Of a DNA stretch of 64,000 nt, positions 11,901 through 21,961 are shown piece after piece (within the stretch, counting starts at the first letter, position 1; every line of letters begins with the position of its first letter). The translations under genes and the position numbers were made by a program. The stretch comes from Albugo candida (lineage: Eukaryota): contig JBDOQK010000010.1 of assembly GCA_040437565.1 (NCBI GenBank), positions 248,001 through 312,000 of the forward strand, given 5' to 3'. The notes beneath the pieces are model-generated. The model did not search any database and had not been told where the DNA came from. It was given only the letters and a program-made list of their open reading frames with translations.

Positions 11901-14643
11901 ATGAGATTGTCGAGTTTGAGAAGAAGGTTCGTGATGGTACTGTGGAGCCAAAAGCTGTAATGCAGATGAAGAAAAACAAAGAGGGACAAAGCTTGGATAC
12001 GTTCGAAGATCGATGGAGTTGGTTGCTAGCTTCATCGGAACTGCCTCCAACCAATACTTCGCTCTACTTTTTCACTGAGAAGCATCCGTGGCGGCGAGTG
12101 GCATTTGCAATCATCAATCATCCCATTTTTGACAACATTGTGCTGCTGTTAATTGCTGTGTCTTCAGTCGCTCTCGCAGTCGACAACCCGCTATCTGATC
12201 CAAGTTCATCGAGTGCCAAATCGCTCAAAACGCTGGAGAAAATTTGTACGGGAATATTTACTATTGAAATGCTTTTCAAAGTGTTTTCATTGGGTTTATT
12301 CATGCACAAAGAAGCGTATTTGCGTAACAATTGGAACGTGCTGGATGGGATCATTGTTGTCACTTCCTGGGTCACCTTGATCGCCGAGTCATCGACACAA
12401 GTCGCCAATTTTAAATTTCTTCGACCCTTACGTGGTCTTCGAGCCTTCCGTCCACTTCGAATGATCAGTCGACGTCCAGGTCTCAAACTCGTTGTGAACG
12501 CTCTTTTTGAATCCGTGCCGGCTGTCATGAACGTCATGTTTGTATGTGTGCTATTTTATCTCATCTTTAGTATCATAGCGGTCAACAACCTCAAAGGAAC
12601 CTTTTACGAGTGTACGGGCAAAGTGTTTGATCAGCTGAGTCAACCTCAATTGAAATTTCTCACAATACCCTCCCCGTGGAAAGAGCTCTCCAACGAGCAG
12701 AAAAACTGGTTTGAAAACACAACTTGTCATGGCTTTACGACATTTGAACCGTACCCAGACGCGTCAGATTTGACTCGAATCACTTCTCGATACGTATGTG
12801 AGTGTTGGGGCGCTTCATGGGAACCTCCAATTCCATGGAACTTTAACAATATTGGATGGGCAATGCTGACGTTCTTTGAGCTGTCGACCACCGAAGGCTG
12901 GGTGACGGTCATGACGCAAGCCATCGACGCGACCGATATCGATATGCAACCAATTCGCGACAATCAAATGAAATGGGCGTACTTTTTTGTGGTATTCAAC
13001 CTCGTGGGAAGTTTTTTTGTGGTGAATTTATTTGTCGGAGTGATTATCGACAATTTCAATCGGATGAAAGCGGCTTTAGGAGGCGATTTTATGCTTACTC
13101 CCGAGCAAAAGAAATGGATTGAGGCGCAAAAAGCAGCGTTGCGTATTGGGCCCGTGCGTGCAGTCAAAGTGCCTAAAAACAAGTATCGAAAGTGGATCCA
13201 TACAATCGTCCGAGCTTCCGGCTTTGAATGGTTTAGTATGATTTGTATTATTATCAATACGTTACTTATGGCGGCTCAATACTTTGGAGAAGCGACATTA
13301 CAACTACGTGTTGTGAATTGGATCAATGAGATATTTGCTGGTGTGTTTACAATGGAGGCTTTGATGAAAGGAGTCGCGTACGGGTCCAATTACTTTGAAG
13401 ATGCGTGGAATCGATTCGATTTCTTTGTAGTTGGGGGGACTCTATTAAGTGTGATTGTAGAGGCGGTAACTGGGACATCGGTACGTTCGATGGCAATGTT
13501 AATTCGTGTGTTTCGAGTCACAAGAATTATGAGATTGATTAAAGCTTCCAAAAGTATCCAACAGATTTTGACGACTTTATATGTGGCGCTTCCGGGACTT
13601 AGTAATGTTGCATCGATTCTGTTTCTAATGCTGTTTATCTATGCAACGATGGGAGTACAGTTGTTCGCAAAAGTCGCGCATGGAGATAATGTCGATGATC
13701 ATGCGAATTTTCAAGGGTTTTGGACAGCGATTTTACTGCTGCTTCGTTCTGCGACCGGAGAAGCTTGGGATGCACTGATGCACGATTATGCGACCAAGAC
13801 GCCAGGATGTGTGTCGGATCCTTCGTTTAATGCGTCTATGTGCGGTTTTCACAATTTTGATGGATGTATACCGCTGAATGGATGTGGGAACCCGATTGCG
13901 TATATTTATTTCTGCACATTTACGCTTTTGGTCACATATGTGATGTTGAATTTGACAATAGCTATCATTTTGGAAGGATTTTCGTCCTCTCAAATCGACG
14001 AAGAACCTATTTTTGAACCGGCATTATTGCTTGAATTTCGAACAAAATGGTCGTGGATTGATCCAAAAGCGGTTGGGTACATTCGGGTACAAGCATTGTG
14101 TATTTTAGCCAATATCTTGGGTCCACCTTTGGGTATCGCGAATAAGAAAATGAACCGGAATCAGTTTGTGCGATACACAAGTACGAGGACGGGCTAAAGT
14201 TCGGTCGATACGTATGCTTATGATGTATTATGATTGTAGATAGTTTGTACCTTCCTTTGTACGAAGATGAAATGATCCATTTTCGAGATGTACTGCTGGC
14301 AATGACGCGGGAATTGGTCAAGGAGGTGCGTAATTGTGTAGATATGCACGTATGCTCTCGACTCACGTGCGATCTCTTTTTATTTGAGTAGAATTTGTCC
14401 AAAAACGCGCAAGATATTTCGGAAGTAGGCGTCTGCCATGCGGATGAAACAACACGACGTCGACTTGATTTTCATGCGCACGATTACTTTGCTATCTCTC
14501 GGATCCAGCATGCGGTCCTTCGTTGGCTTCATACGAAACGAGAATTGGAGGCTTTGTACATGGAGGAGTACAAGAATAAGATTAAGAAGCCCAGCGGCCG
14601 ACCAAAGAAGACACGAGACGCTCGCGTGTATACGATTGGATGA
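8943..14643 (+). CDS. Four-domain voltage-gated calcium channel alpha-1 subunit
   Basis: Four 6TM repeats with S4 sensors (IRTIRVLRPLRSL; LRTFRLFRVFKLAR; LRGLRAFRPLRMISR; IRVFRVTRIMRLIK) and pore loops TQEGW/TGENW/TTEGW/TGEAW (EEEE). C-terminal EF-hand-like and IQ-like (AISRIQHAVLRW) segments. Introns 9581-9638, 11116-11172, 11260-11311, 14181-14239, 14326-14391. Confidence 0.95.
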
Positions 14644-14686
14644 AAAATGATATGAATCACGCAAAATTATAGCAAATTGAATTGAT

Positions 14687-14746
14687 GAATTGTATGAAAC
14701 ATACGAATTGTACGAATCATACGAATTGTACGAATCATACGAATAG
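14687..14746. repeat. 9/18-bp tandem repeat (GAATTGTAC/GAATCATAC)
   Basis: gaattgtat gaaacatac gaattgtac gaatcatac gaattgtac gaatcatac gaatag, lying between two convergent stop codons. Confidence 0.85.
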
Positions 14747-14758
14747 CAGGTTTCATGG

Positions 14759-15760
14759 TTATAAAGGTTGTGATCGAAAGCGCTGGAAGGAACGTTGAAG
14801 AGAATCGCCTTGCTGTACGGCATCAGTTATGCTGTTATCCTGCTCCTCGATCAATTCAGCTTTAACGGCAATGTCATTTGCATGTTCTGTCGGAATTACA
14901 ACAACGCCATTGACATCACCTCGAATTATGTCGCCACTTCGTACCACACAACCGGAAACAGCAATTGGTAGACCCACATTCACAACAGAGGTCGCATTTC
15001 TCGACCCGTGAACCGATCTGCCACGGGAGAACGCTGGGAAACCCATGGTACATAATTCTTGTAAATCACGGACCCGTCCATCAGTCACAACACCGGCGAC
15101 GCCGCGCGCCTTGGAAGCAGTTGCGAGCAAACCACCAAATACAGCAGTAGTGCTCTTTTCGGGCGCGCTGATCACAATCACATACCCCATATCTGCGGTG
15201 TCGATGTAATGAAATGGTAATTTCTTGACTTCCGGTCCTTTGTTAGGCAAAACTTTTACAGTGAATGCGGGCCCACAAATGTTGACAGAAAGCGGGTTGT
15301 CGTACCCTTGAACTAGATTTACATCCACTAAGTGTCCTTGAATATTACTATGAGCCAAAGCGTCTGCGATAGCGCAAGTTGATAGTTTGGCAAGTCGTAA
15401 CAGCAAATTTGTATCAAACGTAATATCCGAGTCCAACATCCGAAGTCCTTGAAGCATATGAGAGTTTGTATGATTCCCGTAATTTACCGTTGCATTAGAT
15501 GAAAGATTTAAATTGGTACTCATGGAAGTAGCAGCGCCACTATCGTTTGCGGCACCAGACACGTTCAGGGATGGAGGCGAGCGCTGATTGCTTTGAAAAT
15601 TAGGACAGCAATCTGTCTGTCGAAGATGTTCTGCGAGTCGCGTTGCATTTGAAGCGTACTTCTTTTTACACTTTTTACATTCGTATCGCGCTAATCCTTT
15701 GCCACCAATGGGCTCCAAGCGGGTAAAATAATCGTATACATTACTCGGCTTGCGGCCCAT
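14759..15760 (-). CDS. BED zinc finger fused to an RraA-family (HMG/CHA aldolase-like) domain
   Basis: N-terminus SNVYDYF..YECKKCKKKY...TRLAEHL..CC is a BED finger. C-terminus STCAIADAL..GPAFTV..AVFGGLL..GVVTDGRVRD..GDIIRGDVNGVVVIP is RraA-like. Intronless, 333 aa. Confidence 0.9.
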   Translation of the reverse strand: MGRKPSNVYDYFTRLEPIGGKGLARYECKKCKKKYASNATRLAEHLRQTDCCPNFQSNQRSPPSLNVSGAANDSGAATSMSTNLNLSSNATVNYGNHTNSHMLQGLRMLDSDITFDTNLLLRLAKLSTCAIADALAHSNIQGHLVDVNLVQGYDNPLSVNICGPAFTVKVLPNKGPEVKKLPFHYIDTADMGYVIVISAPEKSTTAVFGGLLATASKARGVAGVVTDGRVRDLQELCTMGFPAFSRGRSVHGSRNATSVVNVGLPIAVSGCVVRSGDIIRGDVNGVVVIPTEHANDIAVKAELIEEQDNSITDAVQQGDSLQRSFQRFRSQPL

Positions 15761-15938
15761 TTGTTACGTTATTTTCGTAAATTGCACTTAGAAATATTCC
15801 CTGTATCGGTTATCCGACGCTGGCGGTACGGAGATAAGAATTTATGGTAATATTACCTACTGATTTAACTGTAGTTTTTCTCATGCTTACTTACAGTACA
15901 AAATACAGTTGGACAATCTGATTCTAATTGATCTCAAC

Positions 15939-17015
15939 TCAGATCGATTCAGATTCGTCAGAGCCGTCTATTTCTTCTGATACAAATTCCCGAATTTCAG
16001 GCTCAGCGTTGAACCTCACTGTAAACTTCTTTCTGCCCGTTTTCCAACTCAAAGGATCTAAAGATGTTATGTGAGCGGGAACCCTTCCGCACGCTTGTAC
16101 CAACCGCTCCCGGATGGCCGCTTGCTCGGTAGATTGATGTTGCACTAATCGCATTTGAGAGTCGAGTCTCCTTGACCGCAAAAGCGTACGCCCCAGTCGA
16201 TGATCTCCGTCTTCGCGAGAAGTACTCTTACGAAACCCGCCAAGAAATGTTACCAAATTGGGGTCCGTCGCGTCGAATTGAAGTCCACCGGAATCTATTC
16301 GCCGTAAATTACTTCCGTAGGAACCTTCAATGTTGACATTGGAGAATGAATTTCGAGCTTGTGATTCTTCCTCATCCGAGCTTACCTCAATATTCGTTTG
16401 TTCGTTCAAGTTGCTCCTAGTACTTTCTTGTTGTGGAGTCTCCACCGGCACGATAATATCATGATCGACTATTTCCTCATCGTCCTTGGTAATCAGAATC
16501 GGTAGCTTGTCTTCTTCGGACTCTAAAAGTGCGATCGACGAACTCTGACGAACCACTTTTTGTAGTTCTCTCTGTACTTGCTTTTTGTGACGGAAGTAAT
16601 CTTTCGTTGAAGTGGCAGAAATCATCATGTCATCTTTCTCATTGGAGGTTGGACTTGGCGTCTCAGTCGAGTCACTCATGTCTTTCGAAACGTAATTATA
16701 AGATGATGCGGAATTCCTCTCCCCTCTTTGCTGTATACTCATTGACGGCTCGGAAATTCGGAAAGACTCATTCGATAATGGCTGTTCGAGAAACGTACTC
16801 GTAGATGAGGTTCTCGGTCGGCGATGATGCCGATTCGCAGTACTAAATTGGCTGTAGGCAGTTTGAGCGTTGTATATGAAGCGTCTACGCGGTCGAATAC
16901 TTTCATACTCATCATTTCCATCTCCTGCACCGAAAGATTCCCCTCCGTCTTGCTTGGTGTGAGTCGGAGACAGCCTCTGATTATCGGACGACTGCGTCGA
17001 CTGGGCTGATAACAT
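15939..17015 (-). CDS. Hypothetical low-complexity/disordered protein
   Basis: 358-aa ATG-started ORF rich in S/R/E, with a C-terminal RKKFTVRFNAEPEIREF motif. Confidence 0.7.
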   Translation of the reverse strand: MLSAQSTQSSDNQRLSPTHTKQDGGESFGAGDGNDEYESIRPRRRFIYNAQTAYSQFSTANRHHRRPRTSSTSTFLEQPLSNESFRISEPSMSIQQRGERNSASSYNYVSKDMSDSTETPSPTSNEKDDMMISATSTKDYFRHKKQVQRELQKVVRQSSSIALLESEEDKLPILITKDDEEIVDHDIIVPVETPQQESTRSNLNEQTNIEVSSDEEESQARNSFSNVNIEGSYGSNLRRIDSGGLQFDATDPNLVTFLGGFRKSTSREDGDHRLGRTLLRSRRLDSQMRLVQHQSTEQAAIRERLVQACGRVPAHITSLDPLSWKTGRKKFTVRFNAEPEIREFVSEEIDGSDESESI

Positions 17016-17357
17016 TCCAACTTGAAAAATACCGAGTCCGAAAGACGACGTTGTGTGTCACATAGAACCACAGGAAAGAAAATCACAACGTATGTACCGT
17101 ATATACCGCGTGTACCGTGTGCAACGTGTTTCTTATTTTTCTTTTAACAAAATGATTTTTTTCTAATGGATTACATGGTCCAGTCGGATCACTTCACGCC
17201 GATAAACGACGGTGCCAACCTTGTAATTTCAGATATTGAAGCGAGTATTCTACTTTACACGATGGTTTATACGACGCGATATGGTCCAATTCTACAGAAA
17301 CACTTTCATTCTTTGTTTCTGCGACAATTTTCTACAAAAGCGCTTTTCAGTTTCTCA

Positions 17358-18900
17358 CTAAGTACTTATAACAATTCGTACCTCTTCTTTGAGTACGCGA
17401 TATTTGGCGTGTTGGCGGAATGATTCTTCTGTCATGCGGTTTTCGCCCTCGTGATCTAAATGCGTCTCGTTTTCCTGCTCTCTGTTCGTACTTCTCGCTG
17501 GATCAAGCGGAATCGCAGAACAAGCGCCAGGTGTGCAGTAATACAAACATCTTGGCAGTTTGAGTAACATGTGTACATTCCGACCGACGCGGAAAATTTC
17601 TGATTCGTCAGCTTGACACGGCAGCATGAGACAGCACTTGAAGGTAGATAAAGGCATTTCGCCTATACCAAACGCTCTCCCGTGCGATAAACTGGTATGA
17701 AGATGACTCAATTCATCAAAATCGCGCCGATGAAACCTGCAGTTTGATGTGAGTTTTCCTGTAATGGAGTCGCACACATAATTTACGAACACTCCTCCCG
17801 ATGCGGAATGAAACTCTAATTTCTCTCCAAACTTGTGATTAAATAAATGAGCGTGTAAAACCGACCTCCACATGACATCCAATTCGGTGATGGAGAAGAA
17901 ATGTGCCTACATTGAAAGATGATAAATTTTGAAGAAGCGATTTCGTCTTACGTACAAAAAATCCTTCGTGTCCGGCTTTTTCAACACGCCTCCGCTTCTG
18001 ACCTGTTGCCGCTCTATGATCGTCTTTCAAGTCTTGATAAATCTCTCCTGTAGGACACGGTGGTTCCCATAAGACCGATTTTAATTCGGCAGAGGCTTCT
18101 TGCTACAAAAAAAACGCGTAATTAACCGCTGGATTAATGTGCGATTTCCTAAGTAGCAAACCGATCCCAATGCTTTTGATGATTTGTTAAGTAACGCGAC
18201 TCGATTGTGAGCCAGTTTACTGGGATTGATATTTAACAGCTCTATCAAATGGAAGTTAATTACACTTTATATTTCGTGCTCATCGTACCTATCAAACTCT
18301 TTTGCACAACGACTCCATCAAATGCAGCCCAATAGACTTCTGTTCTCGGAGTATCGATATTTTCTCGCGTTTCGGCTACTCGAATTCGTTTGTTAAGTGG
18401 AAGGATTTGGCCTTGAAAAAAAGCTTCATCTCCAGAATCGTAATACGGCGTCACATTTTCATCATCATCGTCTTCGTCTTCTTCCTCATCTTCTTCATCT
18501 TCTTCATCCTCCTCATCTTCTACTTCTTCCTCTTCATTGACTTCTTGCGGCTCAATTTCTCGCGCAGGATTTACTTCCGATCGGTCGTTATTGACGAGAT
18601 TGTACTGCGTAGAAACGATAAACATTGGTGTTGAACGAGCCGATTCATTGTTCACAGGATTCGCACTGCCGATTTCAATTTGTGAGGCTGTTGTCTCAAA
18701 AGAGCTGTTAGGCGCTCGAGTGCTCTGCCATCCATTCTCAACAATGTAGGTGGAAGCAGCTTCAATATTGCCATGAAACATATCACACTTAACACGGGAT
18801 CAACTCAGGATGCTTCTTGATTGAACATCATCATGAAACGTACCACCCGTTGTAATGTCGAGACTGGGACGTGTGGAAATACGTTCTCTAGAGTTTCCAT
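17358..18900 (-). CDS. CUE (ubiquitin-binding) domain protein with acidic tract; multi-exon, boundaries approximate
   Basis: Splicing intron 18788-18843 gives METLENVFPHVPVSTLQRVCDMFHGNIEAASTYI (CUE FP motif). A poly-E/D tract follows, then further exons through about 17358-18100. The start may lie further upstream. Confidence 0.65.
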
Positions 18901-19878
18901 TAAACCTGGAATTCCTGGAAATTTTTTGGATAGTACCGTGGGCAACAAAACAGACGCACGGTCAGAGCGTCTATTTTGAGATACTGAGGAAACACATGTT
19001 GAACTTTTCACACACGAGCGAACTTGATTGATTGGAAGGTTTAGTTGAGTTTGTGTCTTGTATCACGATAAGTGCGGCCAGAGCAATCTGTGTCTCGCAT
19101 TGCAATTTACTTCGGTAGTAGGAATTGTCAGCTTAGACGATACAAGTTGCTACCGTGATGTGTTGGATACGTTATGAACGTTGTTCTTTACCAATATTAG
19201 TGCAGTCCGAGTTTTCATGCTTTCCAAACAGGAGGCATTCTAGGAATAGTCAGTTTTGCATGTACAAAACGATACTTGATGCAGATATCTTTTTATCCAG
19301 GAAATGTAAGTCTTCCTGTGAAACACAATTTATCGCATCATACCAATCTACATCTTAACAGCAAGCACGAGCAAAGCGATTCGGGTGCGTAAAGTGATCG
19401 CGTGCGTACCTAAAGAGGGTAGATTAGCTGACCCCTACCCCTACCCAAGCTCAAGTTTGAATTTTTCTCTGCGTATAGAGCTGAGAGCGACTGTTGCTTT
19501 TAGTCGTGCACGCCAACCTCTTCTCTTTCGATACGATCAAGGTTGAGGAAAGAAAAGCCGGCGCTTCTTGTATATTTCTTTTCAGTAGGGCTCCGCGTAC
19601 TTAAGCATTTCTGGAAACACGCTGTTACTCACACTACAGTAGAGGTGACAATAGGAGAAAAGCGGGACACATACATAGTCAATTTATAGGTGTCATTTTT
19701 ATCATCACGTGAGTGGCACAACCATTGTTACACGCACAGTAAAAAGTAGCAGTGTACATTCTTCCTCTGTACTGCATACAGTTAGTGGGTATATAGAAAC
19801 GCATCGACGTGAGTGATTCCGTTCCTCATTCTTTGGCAAATCGAGTAGTTACAAGTCAGTCGATATACACATCACAAT

Positions 19879-21850
19879 ATGAGCACATCAACAGATAAAC
19901 GGTGGAGCATTTCACGCGCAACAGAATTCTTCAGCGGCGACGGGAAAGCAGATATGTACGTTTGTGAGTCACTATACGGAAGTCCGTATTCTCACTGTGC
20001 GAAACGTACCACAGGTTAGAGATTCGTGCCATAACGGCAATAACAAAAGGCTCCACTGGCAAACGAGATAAGTTCCGTCGCACAGTATCGAAAGCCGGCG
20101 TTGCTATTTACGGGCCAAAGCACGCTCAAAGTAGCGGTGAGTACCATCCCAATACAGCGGTTCTCGAACGGCGGTCATATATTTTGTAATGTTTCAGATA
20201 TTATCGCATCCAACACACGCGAGAGGATATATATTGAAGACCCACGTGCTCCATGTCTCAATATCGACTATTCTAACGAAACATACAGCCTTCTTCCTTC
20301 TTCAGAGAAATTCTCCGCACATACCGGGATTTGCCAAATACTAGGCACCAAGTCGATTCGTGGTGGAAAACATCGAATTCGGGTAGGCGATATCATCCGA
20401 TTTGGCTCAGTAGGTTTACTGGTTACCGAAATCGATACTGCTGGTCAAGGTCCCAATGACGCGACTTTAACGTCTCTTGAAACCGCAAATCTTATTCAGC
20501 GTGTAATTTGTCACGACGCGCTCAGTGGGGCTGATGTAGACAGCGGATTGGATACTGATGATGATGTGGGTGATATCTCCGGAAATGATGAGTCTAAAAC
20601 CATTCAGTCACAGAACTTTCGACAATCGTCCTACGCCGTCTGTTACGTCTGTTATGATGAATCAGAAGATGATAATCCTCTAATTGCACCGTGCAAGTGT
20701 ACCGGGGATACCAAATACATTCACCTCAATTGCCTCAAACGATGGAACACAAATGGCGAAAAAAATGATGTGTGCGCGGTTTTGGATGAAAGCAATGCGC
20801 GCACGTGCTCGATTTGTAAAGCCCCATATCCGTCAAAGACCAAAGTCGAAGATGGTAGAATAGTATCCTTACTACCTGATCGACTACAAAGTCCTTCCAT
20901 AATGTTCCAAGTGGTTACGAAACACTCCTCATCGACACTGAATTTATCGACGCGGTATGAGCTGAGTTACAAGACGCTATTGGAAAATGACGTACATCGA
21001 CCGTTGATGGTCGGCCGATCGTCCCAGTGCGATTTGGTACTAAAATATCGCACTGTTTCGACCGTGCACGCAGAAATTCATTACGTAAAGGTACATACTC
21101 GCGTCCTTGCCATTTTACCAAACATCAAGCAATTACATCTATGTAGGGTGAGTTCTATCTGAAAGATGCNNNNNNNNNNNNNNNNNNNNNNNNNNNNNNN
21201 NNNNNNNNNNNNNNNNNNNNNNNNNNNNNNNNNNNNNNNNNNNNNNNNNNNNNNNNNNNNNNNNNNNNNTCGTCCCAGTGCGATTTGGTACTAAAATATC
21301 GCACTGTTTCGACCGTGCACGCAGAAATTCATTACGTAAAGGTACATACTCGCGTCCTTGCCATTTTACCAAACATCAAGCAATTACATCTATGTAGGGT
21401 GAGTTCTATCTGAAAGATGCTGGGAGTTCCAATGGGACATTACGATACATTTATCGTCCTCTTCAACTTCAAAGCAATCAATCCATCCACATCAAGGTAA
21501 GCAACTTAATTGGTGCAATATGTCGAAAAGGGCTTACATTTGATGTGTAGTTTGGTCGAACTGTTCTATCGGTAAAACCGTCAAAAAAGATGCGATTAAC
21601 TCATTTTTTTGCCAATCATACGCCAGGATTTCTGAATCAAAATGCCGTACGCGAAGACGGCGATGATAGCGATGCACATGAGACGACTTCTCCGCGCATT
21701 TATGCGACACCAAGAACAGGTCAGAGCCGGTTACGCACCGCATTTGCTTCTCAACCGCCACCACAAATCCAACATTCTATGCAAAATACGTCTTCATCAT
21801 CGCAAGTTCAGACTTTGCAAAATCAAATTCAGCGTTTAGATTTGAATTAA
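19879..21850 (+). CDS. FHA-like + RING-CH (RINGv, C4HC3) + FHA domain protein, putative E3 ligase
   Basis: RING-CH: CYVC..PCKCTG..IHLNCLKRW..CSIC. FHA: VGRSSQCD..VSTVHA..DAGSSNGT. N-terminal GDIIRFG is FHA-like. Introns 19956-20014 and 20137-20197 plus two near the 3' end. 21019-21169 is duplicated across the gap. Confidence 0.88.
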
Positions 21851-21961
21851 GTCAAAGATCGAGTGTGTGAGTATCAATATCGTTATTAATATAATCAAAA
21901 AAGGGAGTCACCATCTTCTCGTCCTTCCGGACTTTTTATTACTAGAGGAGTGTATGGCGTT

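Noticed and set aside
14687-14746. Short repeats as a CRISPR array
   Set aside because: No unique spacers, 9-bp units, eukaryotic context and no cas genes.
14380-14823. 147-aa minus-strand ORF with SYN/SYD repeats
   Set aside because: Arises from the tandem repeat and overlaps two real genes.
17087-17129. 9-bp degenerate repeat (ACCGTRTRT) upstream of the 17015 gene
   Set aside because: Short and degenerate; no evidence of function.
18302-18634. Hydrophobic F/I/L-rich ORF as a membrane protein
   Set aside because: Antisense shadow of the poly-Glu/Asp tract of the CUE gene.
19431-19446. CCCCTA repeats as a telomeric seed
   Set aside because: Only about two units, and not the TTTAGGG/TTAGGG motif.
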